Below are positions 17,129 to 27,481 of a stretch of DNA of 64,000 nucleotides, one piece after another. A model generated the notes under the pieces. That model ran no database searches, was not told the origin of the DNA, and saw only the letters and a list, made by a program, of their open reading frames with translations. The position numbers and the translations under genes were made by a program. The DNA comes from Flavobacteriales bacterium (GTDB lineage Bacteria; Bacteroidota; Bacteroidia; Flavobacteriales; BACL11). The stretch lies in contig JAOHSR010000004.1 in NCBI GenBank assembly GCA_028122735.1, positions 175 to 64,174 on the forward strand, given 5' to 3'. How positions within the stretch are numbered: the stretch's first letter is position 1; each line of letters starts with the position of its first letter.

Positions 17129-19732
17129 TCAAAGCTTATCACTTATTGTTTTTTTTATTTCATTAAGCTTCATTAACGCCTCAATAGGCGTAAGAGAATC
17201 AATATCAATTCCTATTAAAACGTCCTTTATTTTTTGCATTGTAGGATCTTGAATATCAAAGAAACTAAGTTGCATTTTATTATTTTCTATTATAGTTTTT
17301 CCACTTTTTTTTCTTGAAGACTCTAACTGTTTTAATAAGTCTTCCGCATTATTTACAACTTCTATTGGCATCCCAGCCATTCTTGCAACATGAATTCCAA
17401 AACTATGATGACTTCCTCCAGCTTTAAGTTTCCTCATAAATAAAATTTTATTATTCTTTCTATTTATAGAAACATTAAAGTTCTTTATTCTTTCAAATTG
17501 TGCTGACATATCATTTAATTCATGATAGTGAGTTGCAAATAATGTTTTAGCTTGAGTAGGATGATTATGAATATATTCTGCGATTGACCAAGCAATAGAA
17601 ACGCCATCATATGTACTTGTCCCTCTTCCGATTTCATCTAAAAGAATCAAACTATTCTGACTTAAATTGTTAAGAATACTAGCTGTTTCATTCATCTCTA
17701 CCATAAACGTAGACTCCCCCATAGAAATATTATCAGAAGCGCCGACTCTTGTAAAAATTTTATCAACTAAACCTATTTCAACTGCTTCTGCAGGAACATA
17801 ACTTCCAATTTGAGCCATTAAGACAATGAGTGCTGTTTGTCTTAAAAGAGCAGATTTTCCCGACATATTGGGTCCAGTTATCATCATAATTTGCTGATCA
17901 ATTTTATTTAAGTCTATATCATTAGGAATATAATTCTTTAAACTATCAAGCTGCTGCTCTATTACAGGGTGTCTTCCTTTAATAATTTTAAGATCACAAT
18001 TATTGTTTAATATAGGCTTGCAGTAATTAAATTTGTTAGCAATTTTAGAAAATGACAGTAAACAATCTAATCTTGAAATAATTTGAGCATTTTTTTGAAG
18101 AAGGAGTGTTTTTTCAGCAATGGTAGCAACTAATTTACCATAAATCTCATTCTCTATAATTGAAATATTATTCTGAGCTGATAAGATTTTAGATTCATAA
18201 TCTTTTAACTCAGGGGTAATATATCTTTCTGCATTAACTAGGGTTTGTTTTCTAATCCAATTTTCTGGGACTTTATCTTTGTGAATATTTCTAACTTCTA
18301 AGTAATAACCAAAAACATTATTAAATGAGATTTTTAAAGATGATATTGAAGTTTTATTAATTTCATTTTGCAACATTTTCTCTAAAAGTATTTTACCTGA
18401 ATTCTTAATCTCTTTTAAATCATCTAGTTCTGTATTAACTCCTTTGTTTATAACATCCCCTTTATGTAAAAAAACTGGAGGATTTTCAATAAGTTCATTT
18501 TCAATCTTTTCTACCAAATCATTACATAGATCAATATTATTACCCAAGCTAACAAGAATAGACATATCTGAATCTAAACAGGCCTTCTTAATTGGAGATA
18601 ATGAAATTAATGAATGTTTTAGTTTTTCAATTTCCCTTGGGTTAATTCTTAAAGTTGAGGTTTTAGAAACTAATCTTTCAAGATCACCAATTTGATTAAT
18701 ATTAGATTTTACAAGTTCAAAGAAATTTTGATTTTTAAGAAAAAAATCAACAACATCAGTTCTTGAATTTATTTCTTCTAAATTTTTTAAAGGTAATGCT
18801 AACCACCTATTTAACATTCTCGAACCCATAGCAGTTTCTGTATGGTTAAGAATATCAATTAAAGTTTTAGCACCTCTGTGTGGAGAATAGAACAACTCTA
18901 AGTTCCTTGTTGTGAATTTATCCATCCACATAAATTTTTCTTCATTAATTCTTGAAATAGATGAAATATGGGATGTGTGATCGTGCTTTGTTTCTTTTAG
19001 ATAATGAAGAATTATACCTGCACTTATAACACCTTCACGCATGGCTTCTATTCCAAATCCTTTTAAAGATTTGGTATTAAACTGCTCTATTAACAACTCA
19101 TTGGCGAACTCAATATTATACGGCCAATCATCTAAAGCATAAGAGAATTTTTCAAATAAAAATTCACTTTTAAATTTTTCTTTTTTACTTTTTTGAAATA
19201 ATATTTCAGAAGGAGAAAATGATTGCACTAATTTATTTACATAATCAGCGTTTCCCTGTGAAACAAGAAATTCCCCAGTTGAAATATCTAAAAAAGACAC
19301 TCCTAATAATTTTTTACCATAATAAATTGACGCTAAGAAATTATTCTTTGTACTTTCAAGTGTAAGATGATTATAAGAAACCCCAGGAGTAACTAGTTCA
19401 GTAACACCTCTTTTAACTATTTTTTTTGTTTGCTTAGGGTCTTCTAGTTGATCACAAATTGCAACTCTGTATCCAGCTTTAACTAATTTTGGCAAGTAAT
19501 TATCTATTGCATGGTGAGGAAATCCAGCAAGTTCAATCCTTGAAGAACCATTTGCTCTATTTGTTAATATTATTTCTAATACTTTAGAAGCAACAATAGC
19601 GTCTTTCCCGAATGTTTCATAAAAATCACCAACACGAAACAACAATATTGCATCAGTATATCTAGATTTTATCTCATTATACTGACGCATTAAAGGAGTG
19701 ATCTTGACTTCTTTCTTTTTACTTACACCCAA
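17129..19732 (-). CDS. mutS: DNA mismatch repair protein MutS
   Basis: 867 aa with TPLMRQY..FYE N-terminus, Walker A GPNMSGKS, and DEIGRGTSTYDG and FATHYHEL blocks. Confidence 0.97.
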   Translation of the reverse strand: MGVSKKKEVKITPLMRQYNEIKSRYTDAILLFRVGDFYETFGKDAIVASKVLEIILTNRANGSSRIELAGFPHHAIDNYLPKLVKAGYRVAICDQLEDPKQTKKIVKRGVTELVTPGVSYNHLTLESTKNNFLASIYYGKKLLGVSFLDISTGEFLVSQGNADYVNKLVQSFSPSEILFQKSKKEKFKSEFLFEKFSYALDDWPYNIEFANELLIEQFNTKSLKGFGIEAMREGVISAGIILHYLKETKHDHTSHISSISRINEEKFMWMDKFTTRNLELFYSPHRGAKTLIDILNHTETAMGSRMLNRWLALPLKNLEEINSRTDVVDFFLKNQNFFELVKSNINQIGDLERLVSKTSTLRINPREIEKLKHSLISLSPIKKACLDSDMSILVSLGNNIDLCNDLVEKIENELIENPPVFLHKGDVINKGVNTELDDLKEIKNSGKILLEKMLQNEINKTSISSLKISFNNVFGYYLEVRNIHKDKVPENWIRKQTLVNAERYITPELKDYESKILSAQNNISIIENEIYGKLVATIAEKTLLLQKNAQIISRLDCLLSFSKIANKFNYCKPILNNNCDLKIIKGRHPVIEQQLDSLKNYIPNDIDLNKIDQQIMMITGPNMSGKSALLRQTALIVLMAQIGSYVPAEAVEIGLVDKIFTRVGASDNISMGESTFMVEMNETASILNNLSQNSLILLDEIGRGTSTYDGVSIAWSIAEYIHNHPTQAKTLFATHYHELNDMSAQFERIKNFNVSINRKNNKILFMRKLKAGGSHHSFGIHVARMAGMPIEVVNNAEDLLKQLESSRKKSGKTIIENNKMQLSFFDIQDPTMQKIKDVLIGIDIDSLTPIEALMKLNEIKKTISDKL

Positions 19733-19767
19733 AAATTTATTATTTAATTTAGCAACAAATATAATAG

Positions 19768-20289
19768 ATGAGAAAGTTAAATAATAATGAATTAAATAGA
19801 ATCACTGTTGAAGAGTATAAAAATGCTAAAAAAACTCCAATAGTAATTGTTCTTGATAATGTAAGAAGTGCGCATAACGTAGGCGCAATATTTAGAACAA
19901 GTGATGCGTTTTTAATTGAAAAAATTTTTCTTTGTGGCATTACACCTTGTCCTCCAAATAATGAAATTAGAAAATCAGCTCTGGGCTCGACAAATTCAGT
20001 AGATTGGGCATACGAACCAGACACTAATAACATATTAAATAATTTGAAAAATTCGGGATATAGAATTGTTGGTGTAGAACAAGTAGAAAATTCAACCAAA
20101 CTTTTAAAGTTTGAACCTAAACAACCTACCGCTCTCATATTTGGTCATGAAGTAGATGGTATTAGCCAAGAAGTTATTAATAGTTGTGATGAGTTTCTAG
20201 AAATAACTCAATTTGGGACTAAACATTCCTTAAATATTTCTGTTTGTGCTGGTATTGTTATTTTTAAGGCTAGTCAATCTCTAAAATAA
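19768..20289 (+). CDS. SpoU/TrmH-family RNA 2'-O-methyltransferase
   Basis: SPOUT motifs SAHNVGAIFRTSDAF, LIFGHEVDGIS and SLNISVCAGIVIF. Confidence 0.8.
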   Translation: MRKLNNNELNRITVEEYKNAKKTPIVIVLDNVRSAHNVGAIFRTSDAFLIEKIFLCGITPCPPNNEIRKSALGSTNSVDWAYEPDTNNILNNLKNSGYRIVGVEQVENSTKLLKFEPKQPTALIFGHEVDGISQEVINSCDEFLEITQFGTKHSLNISVCAGIVIFKASQSLK

Positions 20290-20408
20290 TTACTCTTATA
20301 ATTTAGGATTTAAGTTCATAAAAATTAGTCTAAAAAAGAGGTGTTTAAGAATAATTTCACCACAATATTTTGTTATTTTTGTTGTTATATTTAAAACAAA
20401 AATATAAA

Positions 20409-22067
20409 ATGAAAATCACCAAATTCCTTAGTCTTTTAGTAGTTGTATGTTTTCTAACTTCTTGTGGACTTTCAAATATGTCTAGCAAATATGAAACAGT
20501 TGCTATTACTGTTACTCCTCCAACACTTCAAGCGCATGCCGGCAAAGTTGGCGTAACTATTGATGCAAGTTTTCCAGAAAAATATTTTGCAAAATCCTCA
20601 ACTGTTGAATTCACTCCTGTTTTAATAAGCTCTAAGGGTGAAAACAAATTTAAATCTATAACAATTCAAGGGGAAGAAGCATCAGGTGGTGAGGCAACAA
20701 TATTTTATACAACAGGCGGAAGGTTTTCTTATCAAGATGAGATGCCATACACAAATGATATGATGGAATCTACACTAGTACTAAGAGCTGTGGGCAAATC
20801 AAAAGACAAAGAATTAGTGTTTGCTCCAAGATCTGTAGCTAAAGGTGTAATGGCTACTTCAACAAGAGTTCAAAATACCGAAGATTTAGCATTTGCAAAA
20901 AGTAATTATGAAAAAGAAACAATTCTTGAAGAATCGGCAATTATTTATTTTTTAGTAAATCAAAGTAATATAAGAACAACAGAAAAGAGTGATGATGATA
21001 TTAAGAGATTAGAAGAATTTGCAGGTATGGGAAATAAAACTCATTCGATTGAAGTAAAATCTTATGCTTCTCCTGAAGGGTCTGTTGATCTTAATGACAA
21101 CGTTTCTGACAAAAGAGCTGCTAGCACTTTAAGATATGCTAAAAGAATACTGAAAAAGGTTAAGCTTGATGGTTTTGACAATAATGATTTATATACCGAA
21201 ATATCTGAGGGTGAAGATTGGGAAGGATTTAATAAATTAATGAGAAGCTCTGAAATCAAAGACAGAAGAAGAATAACAAAAATTGTTAACTCTGTGGAAG
21301 ATCTTGAAAAAAGAGAACAAGCTATAAGAGATATGGCTGAAATTTATGATGCTATTGAAAAGGATGTTCTACCTCAACTAAGAAAAGCAAAAATAACTGT
21401 TAGATCATTTGAGCCTAAAAGAACAGATCAAGAAATACTTGAACTTGCTCAGAATAACCCACAAGAATTAGATGTTAAAGAATTGCTTTACTCTGCTTCA
21501 CTGTTAGAAGAGACAAATGATAAGGTAGCTATTTTTAATACAGCCAGTCAATTACATAATGATTGGAGAGGCTATAACAATACTGCTTGCCTAATGCTTT
21601 CTAATAATAAAATTGATGAAGCTAAGAACTTTCTAATTAAAGCTAAAAGTTTAGACAATAACGCTTCTAGTGTTCAAAACAACCAGGCTGTAATTGCGGC
21701 ATGGGAAGGAAATTTAGGTCAAGCTAAGAATCTTTACAATAAATCTGCTACTCAAAAAAACAAAGCATTACTAGATTTAAGAAGTGCTAATTATAAGAAG
21801 GCTAGTAGATATTTTAAAAACAAAAATACGCACAATGCTGCTCTTGCAAAAATGCTAAACGGACAAAATAGCACTTGTAATGAAAATACAGCTGCTTGTG
21901 ATTATTTAAATGCAATTTCATATGCAAGATCAGCAAATGAATCTATGCTTATAAAATCATTAAAAAACGCAATCAATAAAGATTCTAATTATAAAAATGA
22001 AGCAAAAATTGATTTGGAGTTTGTGAATTATAGAGATAGTGAAAACTTTATAAGTCTAACAAAATAG
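20409..22067 (+). CDS. hypothetical lipoprotein with an OmpA-like segment and a TPR-like C-terminal region
   Basis: Trimmed to MKITKFLSLLVVVCFLTSCG (lipobox). The central SYASPEGSVDLNDNVSDKRAASTLRY resembles the OmpA_C peptidoglycan-binding motif. The C-terminus is helical-repeat-like. Confidence 0.55.
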   Translation: MKITKFLSLLVVVCFLTSCGLSNMSSKYETVAITVTPPTLQAHAGKVGVTIDASFPEKYFAKSSTVEFTPVLISSKGENKFKSITIQGEEASGGEATIFYTTGGRFSYQDEMPYTNDMMESTLVLRAVGKSKDKELVFAPRSVAKGVMATSTRVQNTEDLAFAKSNYEKETILEESAIIYFLVNQSNIRTTEKSDDDIKRLEEFAGMGNKTHSIEVKSYASPEGSVDLNDNVSDKRAASTLRYAKRILKKVKLDGFDNNDLYTEISEGEDWEGFNKLMRSSEIKDRRRITKIVNSVEDLEKREQAIRDMAEIYDAIEKDVLPQLRKAKITVRSFEPKRTDQEILELAQNNPQELDVKELLYSASLLEETNDKVAIFNTASQLHNDWRGYNNTACLMLSNNKIDEAKNFLIKAKSLDNNASSVQNNQAVIAAWEGNLGQAKNLYNKSATQKNKALLDLRSANYKKASRYFKNKNTHNAALAKMLNGQNSTCNENTAACDYLNAISYARSANESMLIKSLKNAINKDSNYKNEAKIDLEFVNYRDSENFISLTK

Positions 22068-22069
22068 AA

Positions 22070-22723
22070 TTATAAAATTATTTTATTTGTTGAACCAACT
22101 GTATATTTCTTAGAAATTAATCTTTTTATTTCCGTATAAGTATTTAAGTCATTAATAAAATCTGCATCTGTAATATCTATTATTAAAACAGCAGACTTAT
22201 TCTGTTTTTTCAGATAATCAAAATAGGAATCTTGTATAGATTCTAGATATGAATCTTTTATGTTTTGTTCATACTCCCTACCTCTTTTTCTAATATTAGC
22301 TTGTAATCTTTTAATATCAGAATGCAAGTATACCAATAGATCTGGAGCAGGAAGTGATGCCAGCATAATATCAAATAACTTCTCAAATAATAGCAATTCA
22401 TCTCTTTGTAAATTTGTTTTTGCAAAAATTCTAGATTTCATAAAAAAATAATCCGATATTTTATTATTAAAAAACAAATCACTACTAATTTTATCTTTAA
22501 GCTGATGATATCTTTCTGACATAAAAAAAAGCTCAAGAGAAAAACTATATTTTTCTGGGTCTTTATAAAATTTTGGCAAAAAGGGGTTATCGGAAAAAGA
22601 TTCTAATATTAGTTCTGATTTAAAATCCAATGCAATTTGTGATGCCAAAGAAGTTTTTCCAGAACCTATATTTCCCTCTATAGCTATAAAGTTATAATTC
22701 ATAAACTGAAACTTTTTCTTCAT
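22070..22723 (-). CDS. deoxynucleoside kinase (paralogue 1)
   Basis: P-loop IAIEGNIGSGKTSLA, with the later ...RGREYEQ block typical of the dNK family. Confidence 0.8.
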   Translation of the reverse strand: MKKKFQFMNYNFIAIEGNIGSGKTSLASQIALDFKSELILESFSDNPFLPKFYKDPEKYSFSLELFFMSERYHQLKDKISSDLFFNNKISDYFFMKSRIFAKTNLQRDELLLFEKLFDIMLASLPAPDLLVYLHSDIKRLQANIRKRGREYEQNIKDSYLESIQDSYFDYLKKQNKSAVLIIDITDADFINDLNTYTEIKRLISKKYTVGSTNKIIL

Positions 22724-23177
22724 CTAAACACTCTAATAATAATTTATTAATTGTTTTTTGCAAAATTGGATGAATATAGTTTTTAGCAATTTCATCAAGA
22801 GGACTTAAAACAAAGCGTCTTTTAGAAATATATGGATGCGGAATACATAAGTTATTAGATTCTATAATCTCATCATTATAAAATAGAATATCAATATCAA
22901 TAATTCTTTCTCCCCACTTTTCAATCCTTACCCTTCCCATTTTTTTTTCAATAATAAGTATTGTATCCAATAAGTCAAAAGGTTTTACATCAGTTTCTAA
23001 TAACAAAACTTGGTTTAAAAAAGAACCCTGATTTTCCACTCCCCATGGGGAGCTTTCATATACACTAGATTTCTTGATGATTAAACCAATTTCATCAACT
23101 AACATAAGCCGAGACTGTTTAAGGTAACCTTTTCTATCACCAAGATTACTTCCTATTTGTATATAAACTCTATTCAT
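22692..23177 (-). CDS. folK: 2-amino-4-hydroxy-6-hydroxymethyldihydropteridine diphosphokinase
   Basis: Trimmed to MNRVYIQIGSNLGDR (cat at 23175-23177). Has HPPK motifs SSVYESSPWG, RIIDIDILFY and IPHPYISKRRFVLSPL. Confidence 0.9.
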   Translation of the reverse strand: MNRVYIQIGSNLGDRKGYLKQSRLMLVDEIGLIIKKSSVYESSPWGVENQGSFLNQVLLLETDVKPFDLLDTILIIEKKMGRVRIEKWGERIIDIDILFYNDEIIESNNLCIPHPYISKRRFVLSPLDEIAKNYIHPILQKTINKLLLECLDEEKVSVYEL

Positions 23178-23291
23178 TTTATTATGGCTCAAAACTGGAT
23201 AAATAAGACAATCTAACAAGTACTTATTTTAAGATTGTAAGTTATAAATTATTAAAATTATATTTGTTGAAAATTAAAAAAAGAAATAAAA

Positions 23292-25046
23292 ATGTTAAAA
23301 TTTTTAAAAAATATTTTCTCTACTATAATAGGAATACTATTATCATTTGTTGTAATTGTAGTTATATTTATTGGGGTACTATCTGTTTCTTCTGAATATC
23401 AGAAGAAAGAAAAGAAGATTGATAAAAACACAATACTAAAAATTGATCTTTCTACTCAAGTTGTTGAAAGAGCATCTTCAAACCCCTTTTCTGATTTAGA
23501 TCTTTTTAACCCTGAACCAAAGAAACAATTAGAATTAAAAGCAATTCTTGATAATATTGAAAAAGCAAAATTTGATGATAATATAATTGCGATTTATATT
23601 AATAGTCCTGTTGTTAATGCGGGATTATCTCAGACTGAAGAAATTAGAAATAAACTTCTTGAATTCAAAACAACAGGAAAGCCTATCGTTGCTTATAGTG
23701 AAGTATATTCTATTAAAAACTATTTTCTTTCTTCTGTAGCAGATAAAATTTACATGAACCCTGTCGGAGGTATTGATCATAAGGGCTTATCTGCGACTGT
23801 AATGTTCTTTAAAGGGCTGTTAGAAAAACTTAATATTGATCTTCAAATTTTTAGATTAGGGAAATTTAAAAGTGCTATTGAACCATTTATACTAGATAAA
23901 ATGAGTAATGAAAATCGAGAGCAACTTAAATTAATGCTAAATAGTATAAATGATAATATCATGGATAGCATTTCAAGTCAAAGACAAATTCCATTTGAAA
24001 TGGTAAAAAAGCATGCAAATCAACTTACATTAAACTCTGCAGAAATTTGTCTTGAAAAAGGCTATGTTGATCATTTAATCTATGAAGATCAGGTTGAAGA
24101 TTCATTGATAGCAATTAGCACCAATGAGAAGCTTAAGACTGTATCTCTAAGAGGATATTCTTCGGTTAAATCAAAGAACAAAGATATTAGTAGAAATAAA
24201 ATAGCAATTGTATATGCTACTGGAGAAATAAATTCTGGAAAAGGAGATGTAGCAAGTATAGGCTCAAAAACAACTTCAGCAGCAATCAAAAAAGCAAGAA
24301 AAGATAAGAATGTGAAGGCAATTATCTTAAGAGTAAATTCTCCAGGTGGAAGCGCCCTAGCTTCTGATGTAATATGGCGAGAAACAAAGTTAGCTCAAAA
24401 AGAAAAACCTTTAGTTGTCTCAATGGGAGATTATGCTGCATCTGGTGGTTATTACATAGCTTGTGCTGCAGATACAATAATAGCCAATCCAACTACATTA
24501 ACCGGCTCAATTGGGGTTTTTGGTATGATTCCAAACATGCAAAATTTTTATAAGTCTAATTTTGGAATAACAGTTGACACTGTAAAAACAAATACCTATT
24601 CAGACATGGGTATCAGTAGAAAACTTTCAACATTCGAAAAAAATAAAGTTCAAGAAAGTGTTAAAAATATATACTCTATATTTATTTCAAGAGTTAGTGA
24701 TGGAAGAGATATGACAATTGAGGACGTAGATGCAATTGGACAAGGAAGAGTATGGTCTGGCTATGACGCCAAAAGTATTGGATTAGTAGATTTATATGGT
24801 GGTCTAGAAACAGCTATCGTGATTGCTGCAAATCTTGCAAAAATTGATGATTACAGAGTTATCTCATTACCAAAAACAGAAGATCCCTTTACAAAAATAA
24901 TGAACGACTTAACTGAATCAAAACTAGTAACATTTTTTGAAAAAGAATTTGATTTAATAGATACAAAAAAATTAAAAAAAGTTAAAAATTTGATTACAAC
25001 TGACAGAATTCAAACTAGAATTCCTTACCTAATTGAACTAGAATAA
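23292..25046 (+). CDS. sppA: signal peptide peptidase SppA, 67K type
   Basis: 584 aa with an N-terminal TM and two ClpP-like halves. The second half has NSPGGSALAS and GDYAASGGYYIA. Confidence 0.9.
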   Translation: MLKFLKNIFSTIIGILLSFVVIVVIFIGVLSVSSEYQKKEKKIDKNTILKIDLSTQVVERASSNPFSDLDLFNPEPKKQLELKAILDNIEKAKFDDNIIAIYINSPVVNAGLSQTEEIRNKLLEFKTTGKPIVAYSEVYSIKNYFLSSVADKIYMNPVGGIDHKGLSATVMFFKGLLEKLNIDLQIFRLGKFKSAIEPFILDKMSNENREQLKLMLNSINDNIMDSISSQRQIPFEMVKKHANQLTLNSAEICLEKGYVDHLIYEDQVEDSLIAISTNEKLKTVSLRGYSSVKSKNKDISRNKIAIVYATGEINSGKGDVASIGSKTTSAAIKKARKDKNVKAIILRVNSPGGSALASDVIWRETKLAQKEKPLVVSMGDYAASGGYYIACAADTIIANPTTLTGSIGVFGMIPNMQNFYKSNFGITVDTVKTNTYSDMGISRKLSTFEKNKVQESVKNIYSIFISRVSDGRDMTIEDVDAIGQGRVWSGYDAKSIGLVDLYGGLETAIVIAANLAKIDDYRVISLPKTEDPFTKIMNDLTESKLVTFFEKEFDLIDTKKLKKVKNLITTDRIQTRIPYLIELE

Positions 25047-25859
25047 GCTTGATTGAGAATTATATGATGAAACTGAAAAGTCTGCTACAAAACCTTCATG
25101 AGATCGAACATTAAAAACTTGACCATCTTCAAAAATTAAGTATTGACCTTTTATACCTTTTAGTACTCCTTCAATAGTTTGTAGTTTTTCTAACTTAAGA
25201 CTTTTAATTTTTGTAGGATATTCTAAGACAGGATATTTAATATCAATTATCGAGTTATCATCACATATATATTGTTTTAAATTTTCCGGTACGTGCTCTG
25301 ACAGAGTCTTTTTAATTTCTAATAAATCAATTGAATGGGGCTCTCCAGATAGCATTTTTCTCCAATTTGTTTTATCAGAAACATGCTTTTTTATACATAC
25401 TTCAATATCACCTGAGAACCTTCTATTTGGGACTTCTGCTAAAATAATAGCTTGGCTTGCTCCTTGGTCCATCCACCTTGTAACTCCTTGAGTAGAGCGT
25501 GTAATACCTACTTTTATACCACTAGAATTTGCAAGATAAACATAGTGAGGTGCTATTTGAAATTTTCTCTCCCACTCAATATCTCTTTCTTCAATATCAA
25601 GATGAGCAGTGCATAACTCAGGCTTAAAAATACTTTGAGAAGCCATAGGAGATTCCCAATAACAAGTATAGCAAAAACCAGATCTATAAAATTTTTTCAT
25701 TTCTCTACCACAACTACATATAACTTTTCCATTCCAACTAATTTTAATTTTTTTATCGATTAAATCATTCATAAAATAATCTACATCATTAATTTTTAAA
25801 TGATAATTCACAACTTCATTTAAGGAGGTTGTCATCTTTTTAATTATACTTGAATGCAT
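25038..25859 (-). CDS. DUF2797-like zinc-ribbon protein
   Basis: Cys cluster CSCGREMKKFYRSGFCYTCY...CTAH followed by HYVYLANSSGIKVGITR...RWMDQGASQA...TNWRKMLSG. I recognise this pattern as DUF2797, from memory. Confidence 0.6.
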   Translation of the reverse strand: MHSSIIKKMTTSLNEVVNYHLKINDVDYFMNDLIDKKIKISWNGKVICSCGREMKKFYRSGFCYTCYWESPMASQSIFKPELCTAHLDIEERDIEWERKFQIAPHYVYLANSSGIKVGITRSTQGVTRWMDQGASQAIILAEVPNRRFSGDIEVCIKKHVSDKTNWRKMLSGEPHSIDLLEIKKTLSEHVPENLKQYICDDNSIIDIKYPVLEYPTKIKSLKLEKLQTIEGVLKGIKGQYLIFEDGQVFNVRSHEGFVADFSVSSYNSQSSLF

Positions 25860-25891
25860 ATTTTTGTAATAATTTTTAAATATATTGTTTT

Positions 25892-27400
25892 TTGATAAAT
25901 CTTCCTTTTAAAAATAGTATTCTTTCAGCACTACTAAAACAAAGAATTAAACAAATAAATAATGTTAATTCTAGTCCTTTAATTACTCAAGAAAAAATAT
26001 TTACTGGCCTAATAAAAAAAGGCTTAAATACAAAGTTTGGAAATGACCATTCATTCAGCAAGATAAAAACATATGATGATTATAAAAAGAATGTTCCTAT
26101 AAGAAAATATGAAGAGATATTCCCATATATAGATCAAATGAGGCTAGGAAAGAAAAATATCTTATGGCCTGGTAAAACAAAATTTTTTACGATATCATCA
26201 GGAACAACAAATGCAAAAAGTAAATATATTCCGCTAAGCAATGACACCTTACACGAATGTCATTTTAAAGGGGGAAAAGACATGCTAGCTATCTATCTAA
26301 ATAATAATCCAGAGAGTAGAGTTTTTAATGGAAAAGGAATTATGTTGGGGGGATCAAAAAAAACTAATAACAAAATTATTGAGGGAGATTTATCGGCAAT
26401 ACTTTTAGATAATTTTCCTTTTTGGGTTAACTCTCATAGAATTCCCGATATTGAAACTGCACTTTCAGACAATTGGAATAAAAAACTTGAAAAAATTACA
26501 GAACAGTCAATTAACCAAAATATAACTAATCTAACTGGAGTGCCTTCTTGGATGCTTATTTTACTTTCAAAGATTATAAAAAAAACAGGAGTAAAAAATA
26601 TAACTGATATATGGCCAAATTTAGAACTATACATGCACGGAGGGGTAAATTTTAAACCATATAAAAATCAATTTTCTAATATAATTGGAAATAATAAAAT
26701 TAATTATCTTGAAGCATATAATGCTTCAGAAGGTTTTTTTGCTATTCAAGATCAAAAAAAATCTAAAGAAATGTTGTTAATGCTTGATTATGGAGTTTTC
26801 TATGAATTCATTAAAAAAGAGGGTTATGATAAGCAATCATATGAAGCAATAGGATTAAAAGATGTTAAATTAAATACTAACTATATATTAATAATCTCAA
26901 CAAATTCAGGATTATGGAGGTATCAAATTGGGGATATAGTAGAATTCACTTCAATAAACCCTTTTAGAATAATTATTAAAGGTAGAGTCATGAGCTGTTT
27001 AAATACATTTGGAGAAGAATTAATTGTAAATAATTCAGATAATGCTATTGAACTTGCATGTAAAAAAACAAATTCTGAAATCGTTGATTATACTGTAGCA
27101 CCAATTTTTATTAATAACTCTGCTGGCTCACATGAATGGGCTATAGAGTTTAAAAAAGCGCCTCAAAACACTAATGAATTCATGCAAATAATTGATGATC
27201 ACCTTAAGCAAATAAATTCGGATTATGAAGCAAAGCGATTTAATAGTTTAATACTAAAAAAACCTAAATTAAATATTATCAAAAAAGGTGTTTTTTTAAA
27301 CTGGCTTAGTTTGAAAAACAAATTAGGTGGGCAAAACAAAATCCCTAGATTAAATGAAAAAAGAACTTTTATAGAAGAAATAAAAAAACTAAACCTATAA
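25892..27400 (+). CDS. GH3-family (acyl-acid amido synthetase-like) protein
   Basis: TTG start. FGNDHSF..I.TYDDYKKNVPIRKYEEI...NILWPGKTKFFTISSGTTNAKSKYIPLS and YNASEGFFAIQD match bacterial GH3 auxin-responsive-promoter family proteins. Confidence 0.8.
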   Translation: MINLPFKNSILSALLKQRIKQINNVNSSPLITQEKIFTGLIKKGLNTKFGNDHSFSKIKTYDDYKKNVPIRKYEEIFPYIDQMRLGKKNILWPGKTKFFTISSGTTNAKSKYIPLSNDTLHECHFKGGKDMLAIYLNNNPESRVFNGKGIMLGGSKKTNNKIIEGDLSAILLDNFPFWVNSHRIPDIETALSDNWNKKLEKITEQSINQNITNLTGVPSWMLILLSKIIKKTGVKNITDIWPNLELYMHGGVNFKPYKNQFSNIIGNNKINYLEAYNASEGFFAIQDQKKSKEMLLMLDYGVFYEFIKKEGYDKQSYEAIGLKDVKLNTNYILIISTNSGLWRYQIGDIVEFTSINPFRIIIKGRVMSCLNTFGEELIVNNSDNAIELACKKTNSEIVDYTVAPIFINNSAGSHEWAIEFKKAPQNTNEFMQIIDDHLKQINSDYEAKRFNSLILKKPKLNIIKKGVFLNWLSLKNKLGGQNKIPRLNEKRTFIEEIKKLNL

Positions 27401-27481
27401 GTTTTCAACAATAAATTATCTCTATAATATTTTATATTAATCAATAAGAATTCTTTTTTATTTTAGTAAAAAATTAATAAA

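Noticed and set aside
19749-20138. 129-aa minus-strand ORF overlapping the SpoU/TrmH-like gene.
   Set aside because: The plus-strand frame carries all three SPOUT motifs. The minus-strand ORF has no motif and would overlap mutS's upstream region.
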